A stretch of DNA of 64,000 nucleotides from the IMG/VR virus record IMGVR_UViG_3300028596_000001; one strand, 5' to 3'. A program made the translations under genes and the position numbers. Shown here piece by piece: positions 63,987 to 64,000 of this stretch (positions are counted from its first letter, which is position 1; each line of letters opens with the position of its first letter). The notes under the pieces were generated by a model. It was not told where the DNA came from. It saw only the letters and a list, made by a program, of their open reading frames with translations, and did not search any database. This DNA is from a virus. Taxonomy: Duplodnaviria; Caudoviricetes.

Positions 63987-64000
63987 GTCCCTTCTCCAAT

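Noticed and set aside
1-64000. tRNA genes, CRISPR arrays, introns/inteins, homing endonucleases, IS elements
   Set aside because: None recognised: intergenic gaps are short and explained by terminators or promoters, and no cloverleaf, repeat-spacer, LAGLIDADG/HNH or transposase motifs were seen

Overview
This 64 kb window is from a phiKZ-like (Chimalliviridae-type) jumbo myophage. The host cannot be read from the sequence; a gammaproteobacterium is likely. Positions ~1.4-26.6 kb are a minus-strand accessory/early region driven by phiKZ-type TATATTAC promoters. It encodes a metallophosphoesterase, a LemA/TPM-like pair, six tandem membrane CX8C paralogs, an ADP-ribosyltransferase-like protein, an Acb1-like 2H phosphoesterase, a DHH phosphoesterase, RNase H, NAD-dependent ligase and two tandem nucleotidyltransferases. 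Positions ~26.7-64 kb are the conserved core: SbcC-like ATPase, baseplate spike, three large tail fibre/baseplate paralogs, a putative spanin/holin cassette, RuvC, baseplate proteins, portal, a non-virion RNAP subunit, major capsid protein (MCP) and DnaB. The top finding is at the MCP 3' end. It carries a canonical -1 frameshift signal (C CCA AAC, 7-nt spacer, ~66-nt hairpin) whose -1 frame appends VSLPDTYYGVLKSFT. This peptide matches a 17-aa repeat (IPDTYYGxL) present four times at the C-terminus of the 770-aa baseplate-region protein 12 kb away, which suggests a shared capsid/baseplate docking-peptide system. All product calls come from motif recognition by eye; no database searches were run.
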